Part shown: piece by piece, positions 28,548 through 32,000 of the stretch | Numbering within the stretch: the first letter of the stretch is position 1 | Layout of the letters: every line of letters begins with the position of its first letter | From: Crocosphaera subtropica ATCC 51142 | Lineage (GTDB): Bacteria > Cyanobacteriota > Cyanobacteriia > Cyanobacteriales > Microcystaceae | Length of the DNA stretch: 32,000 nucleotides | NCBI RefSeq assembly: GCF_000017845.1 | Contig: NC_010546.1 | Span: 4,020,001-4,052,000 of the forward strand | Direction of reading: 5' to 3' | Program-made: the position numbers and the translations under genes | Notes under the pieces: model-generated | Told to the model about the DNA's origin: nothing | What the model saw: the letters and a program-made list of their open reading frames with translations, nothing else | The model's database searches: none

Positions 28548-31500
28548 AATTTAGCCCCTAACAATTGTAAACTCTGTTGTTGAGCAAGGGTTAACCCTGA
28601 AGTCCCCTGTAAATTCATCCCCTCATAGGGACGGATGACTTGATCCTGATGGATACAGTTTCCTGTATTTACATCCCAAAATTTTAAACTTTCATCTTCA
28701 GAACTACTCACTAAAATGGGGTGTCGAGGATGGAAACTGAGGGCAAGGATAGAACGATCATGACCCTCTATGGTGTTAAGATAAGACCCGTCTTTCCCTG
28801 ACCATAGTTTAATGTTACCGACATCATCACCACTGGCCATCAGTTGACCCTCTCGACTCCAAGCGATCGCTTTTACAGTCCCTTGATGACCCGTCAACCG
28901 TTGATAGGTTTCCTGTTGTACATCCCATAACCAAAGGTGATGATCTTGACATCCCACGGCTAAATAACGACTATTTGGACTCCAGGCAACACACCAGACA
29001 ATTTCGTTGTGAGGTAAACACTGAACACAGTTCCCTGTTTTACTATTCCATACACGAACGGTATGATCTGCGCTTCCACTAGCCAAAAATCGCCCATCAG
29101 GACTCCAAACAACGCTTAAAACCCAACTTTGATGACCTACCAGTTGATATAAACATTGCAGACTAGGAAAATGCCAAATTTTCACCGTTTGATCTACACT
29201 CCCCGTGGCTATTCTATCCCCTTCCGGATGCCAAGAAACCGACCAAATCCAGTTATCATGGGCTAAGACCTTAGATAAACAACTATTAGCATTTAATTGC
29301 CAAATTTTGAGACTGCGATCGTGGGAAACTGTTGCTAAAAATTGCTCGTCCTGAGAAATAGCTAAACTAGAAACCAGACTTTCATGGGCCAAAAAATTAG
29401 CCAACCAGGTCTTACTCTGAAAGTCAAAATAATGAACCCGTTGATCATCCCCACCACAAATGAGTTGATCGCCTAGTTGTCCCCAAACTAGGGTCCGTTG
29501 ACTTCGTTGATATCCCTGTAGGGTTCTCAGACATTTCCCCGTTGCAGGTTGCCAAAACCGCAGGGTTCCATCATGGGAGGTACTTGCTAAACTTTCTCCG
29601 TTCGGACTCCAAGCTAAAGACCATACCCAGTTATTATGTTGGTGTAACGTTTTCTCAGTTTCCCCTTTTTCCACATTCCAGAGGCGAATTTGTCCATTTA
29701 CGTCCCCACTGGCTAAAATTTGACCATCAGGACTCCATTGAACCGACCAAACGCCATGTTGATGACCCCTCAAGATTTTAAGGCAGATTCCTTGTTGCCA
29801 GTCCCATAATTTTACCGTTTGATCTTCACTACAACTGACCAACCAGTGACCATCGGGACTCCAAGTAATACCCCGTACAAAGTGATCGTGATCCCTTAAG
29901 GTGTTTAAACAAGTTCCCTGTTGCCAGTTCCAAAGTTTGATGGTGTGATCATTACTGCAAGTGGCTAAGGTGTTGCCATCTGGACTAAAAGCTACTTGAT
30001 TAATGAAATTTTCGTGTCCCTTTAAAGTTTGCTCACAAATACCTGTTTTAAGATGCCAAATTTTAATTTGATTATCCATTCCACCACTGGCAAAAATAGA
30101 TTGATGAGGATGCAAACTGACCGATAAAACGCTTTGTGAGTGGCCTTGAAATTGTCTTAATTCTTGTCCAGTTGAAATTTCCCATAATTTAATAGTCGTG
30201 TCTTCGCTACTACTCATTAAATAACAATTATCCTGACTAAATGATAAATCCCAAATATAGCTATTGTGACCATTTAAAGTCATTAAAGGGGTTAAATCGG
30301 GAAAACACCAAAGACGAATCTTTCCCCCTGAATCTCCCGTGGCTAACAGTTGTCCATCATGACTAAATTTGAGTGAAAAAATACTGCCAAAAGTTTGTGT
30401 AAATTGACAATGAATTAAACTCGCTTTGGTAAAGTTGACATTGTTTAAAATTCTTCCTTGTAGATGACCATGACAAATTGATAACCCAGAAAAATCATAG
30501 TCACTTAAGTTAACCCCTAAGTATCGAGTTAAATTGAAAAAGTTGCCACCCCCATAATGATGAACTTGTTTCGGATATTGTTTAAGTTGTTTCAGAATTT
30601 TATGACAATGTTGGCTCAAATAAGTTTGAGAGGTTAAACTCTGGGTTAATTTTTTCGCAATAGGTTCTAAAATCAGTCTTAATTGAGTTTGATGAAGATA
30701 ATCTTTTACATTCGTAGGGGTTAAAGATAATTCTAAAAAGAGAGAAAAATTGAGGGAAATTAATTCAGTTGTTATGGTTTTAACTAAATGTTCGGTAACA
30801 TATTCCATCACCACAGGCTGTAAAGTATAGGTATCTTGTTGATTTTCCAGCAGCGATCGCCATCTTAAAGATTCTAAAGCGTCTAAAATATGATTTGGCT
30901 CAATCCAAGATGATAGTTGTTCAGTTAAGCTTTTGATCTTTGTCCATTCTCGATTAATGGCTAAGAGATAGATGATCTTTTTTTCTAAGTCTGATAACCG
31001 AGAAAACTGCTGATCAATCAACCGATGAATATTATTAAAAGCAAAAGTGTTTTGAGCTAAAAATTGTTGAATTTTCCCCTCAAATAAATCTTGGATAGAT
31101 GTTGCCAAAATCTTCAAAGCTAACGGATTACAACGATAATGTTCTACTAATTTTTGTTTTTCTTGGCTAGATCCTTTTAACCCTTTCGCATTTAAAAGAG
31201 CCATTCCTGCTTCTAATGATCCTCTTAAATTTAAAGAACGAACTGATAATTTTACTCCTTCTAATTCAGCCACCTCTAATGGTTTTTCTCGTGAGGTCAG
31301 GAGGAGACAACTTTGATGGTTATTTTCTCCAATTAATCGTAAGAGTTTGCCATAATCTTCATAGTCAAGACGATATTGACCCACAACTGTCTTCGGTTCA
31401 AATAGGGTTTCAAAGTTATCTAAAATAATCAAACAACGTCGATTTTTTAACCAATATAGTAACCTTTTAAAACTTAGTTCATCATCTTGTTGATCAGACA

Positions 31501-32000
31501 GAAAAGGAATTAACTCGATTAATAACGTATTTAAGAATGGAGCATTTGTCAGCGATCGCCAAATCACTAAATCAAACTCAGACGTTATTTCTTTCGCTAA
31601 TTTGATGGCTAAAGTGCTTTTGCCAACCCCTCCTAAACCCAATAAAGAAATTAATTTACAATTATCTTTTAAAAGCCAAGTTTTTAGCTTATTTAATTCT
31701 GATATTCTGCCCCAAAAATACTCAGTTTCAATTGCTTCTCCCCAATCTTGATGTTTATTAAATTTTAGGGTTACTTGTTGATTTAAGTCTGTTTTAGATT
31801 TGCGCTCTAAAGCTGCTTTAAAATTAGTTTTACTAACCTTTTCTCCTAAAACTTGGCTGAGTTTTTTCCATAATTTAGGACCAATATCTCGCCTTAAATA
31901 ACTATCAGCATAACCTGCCTTATCAGCAATTTGGTCATAAGTTTCATCTTGCCATGCTCCTACTAAGATGATAGTTTCTACATCACTGAGATATTTTCCT
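28544..32000 (-). CDS. STAND NTPase: N-terminal HTH-like domain, NACHT/NB-ARC P-loop, pentapeptide-like segment and 14 WD40 repeats; 5' end lies outside the window
   Basis: The frame stays open upstream of the track start (31642) to position 32000: ...GKYLSDVETIILVGAWQDETYDQIADKAGYADSYLRRDIGPKLWKKLSQVLGEKVSKTNFKAALE.... Walker A is GLGGVGKST and Walker B is CLIILDNFE. I count 14 units of the type GH..W/V.S..WSPDG..LAS.S.D.T.K.W. The C-terminus is PYEGMNLQGTSGLTLAQQQSLQLLGA. Confidence 0.9.
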   Translation of the reverse strand, partial: GKYLSDVETIILVGAWQDETYDQIADKAGYADSYLRRDIGPKLWKKLSQVLGEKVSKTNFKAALERKSKTDLNQQVTLKFNKHQDWGEAIETEYFWGRISELNKLKTWLLKDNCKLISLLGLGGVGKSTLAIKLAKEITSEFDLVIWRSLTNAPFLNTLLIELIPFLSDQQDDELSFKRLLYWLKNRRCLIILDNFETLFEPKTVVGQYRLDYEDYGKLLRLIGENNHQSCLLLTSREKPLEVAELEGVKLSVRSLNLRGSLEAGMALLNAKGLKGSSQEKQKLVEHYRCNPLALKILATSIQDLFEGKIQQFLAQNTFAFNNIHRLIDQQFSRLSDLEKKIIYLLAINREWTKIKSLTEQLSSWIEPNHILDALESLRWRSLLENQQDTYTLQPVVMEYVTEHLVKTITTELISLNFSLFLELSLTPTNVKDYLHQTQLRLILEPIAKKLTQSLTSQTYLSQHCHKILKQLKQYPKQVHHYGGGNFFNLTRYLGVNLSDYDFSGLSICHGHLQGRILNNVNFTKASLIHCQFTQTFGSIFSLKFSHDGQLLATGDSGGKIRLWCFPDLTPLMTLNGHNSYIWDLSFSQDNCYLMSSSEDTTIKLWEISTGQELRQFQGHSQSVLSVSLHPHQSIFASGGMDNQIKIWHLKTGICEQTLKGHENFINQVAFSPDGNTLATCSNDHTIKLWNWQQGTCLNTLRDHDHFVRGITWSPDGHWLVSCSEDQTVKLWDWQQGICLKILRGHQHGVWSVQWSPDGQILASGDVNGQIRLWNVEKGETEKTLHQHNNWVWSLAWSPNGESLASTSHDGTLRFWQPATGKCLRTLQGYQRSQRTLVWGQLGDQLICGGDDQRVHYFDFQSKTWLANFLAHESLVSSLAISQDEQFLATVSHDRSLKIWQLNANSCLSKVLAHDNWIWSVSWHPEGDRIATGSVDQTVKIWHFPSLQCLYQLVGHQSWVLSVVWSPDGRFLASGSADHTVRVWNSKTGNCVQCLPHNEIVWCVAWSPNSRYLAVGCQDHHLWLWDVQQETYQRLTGHQGTVKAIAWSREGQLMASGDDVGNIKLWSGKDGSYLNTIEGHDRSILALSFHPRHPILVSSSEDESLKFWDVNTGNCIHQDQVIRPYEGMNLQGTSGLTLAQQQSLQLLGAKF

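Noticed and set aside
28700-30400. Periodic ~126-nt similarity in the DNA, considered as a tandem repeat or array
   Set aside because: It is fully explained by the 14 WD40 blades of one continuous ORF.
28219-31428. ORFs 28219..28434 (-), 29542..29781 (+) and 31216..31428 (+)
   Set aside because: They are antisense to the RidA-family gene and to the WD40/NACHT gene respectively, with no independent support.

Overview
Cyanobacterial chromosomal DNA. It is AT-rich, carries about 14 copies of the HIP1 octamer GCGATCGC, and its gene content fits a unicellular Cyanothece/Crocosphaera-like lineage, though the genus cannot be fixed without a search. No rRNA, tRNA or CRISPR array was recognised.

**Layout**
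- **1-10.3 kb:** a Kdp K+-ATPase locus on the minus strand. Order is kdpF (unannotated 23-aa ORF), kdpA, kdpB, an embedded receiver-TPR protein, a kdpG-like membrane ORF, an unannotated 52-aa basic ORF and kdpC. A convergent VOC gene follows, then a truncated kdpD with no kinase domain. Upstream and divergent lie a Uma2 endonuclease gene and a histidine kinase/NarL regulator pair; the kinase resembles the KdpD C-terminal half.
- **10.3-16.7 kb:** conserved envelope and housekeeping genes (lnt, Cys-rich secreted protein, GerMN, DUF2993, DUF3067) and a Cys4-Ser/Thr kinase-FGE fusion. The fusion carries an in-frame 81-bp GC-rich palindromic insert.
- **16.7-23.5 kb:** an accessory-like stretch with three toxin-antitoxin loci, each with a dead toxin gene. 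mazF/pemK is split by a TA-flanked MITE, brnT has an in-frame TAA, and hicA has a second TA-flanked MITE plus a 10-bp tandem duplication. Macro-domain, VOC, DUF2930, GGCT and SDR genes and a PEP-CTERM gene fragment are interspersed.
- **23.3-32 kb:** a P2-type (PacL-like) cation ATPase bracketed by two direct copies of a ~138-bp MITE, then DUF29, rsmG, RidA and a large HTH-NACHT-pentapeptide-14xWD40 STAND NTPase that runs off the right edge.

**Most novel candidate:** the receiver-TPR protein and the small basic ORF inside the kdp structural operon, together with a repeated TATAGAT/ATCTATA operator-like motif in the kdp promoter.

All family assignments come from reading the translations by eye. 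No database search was possible.
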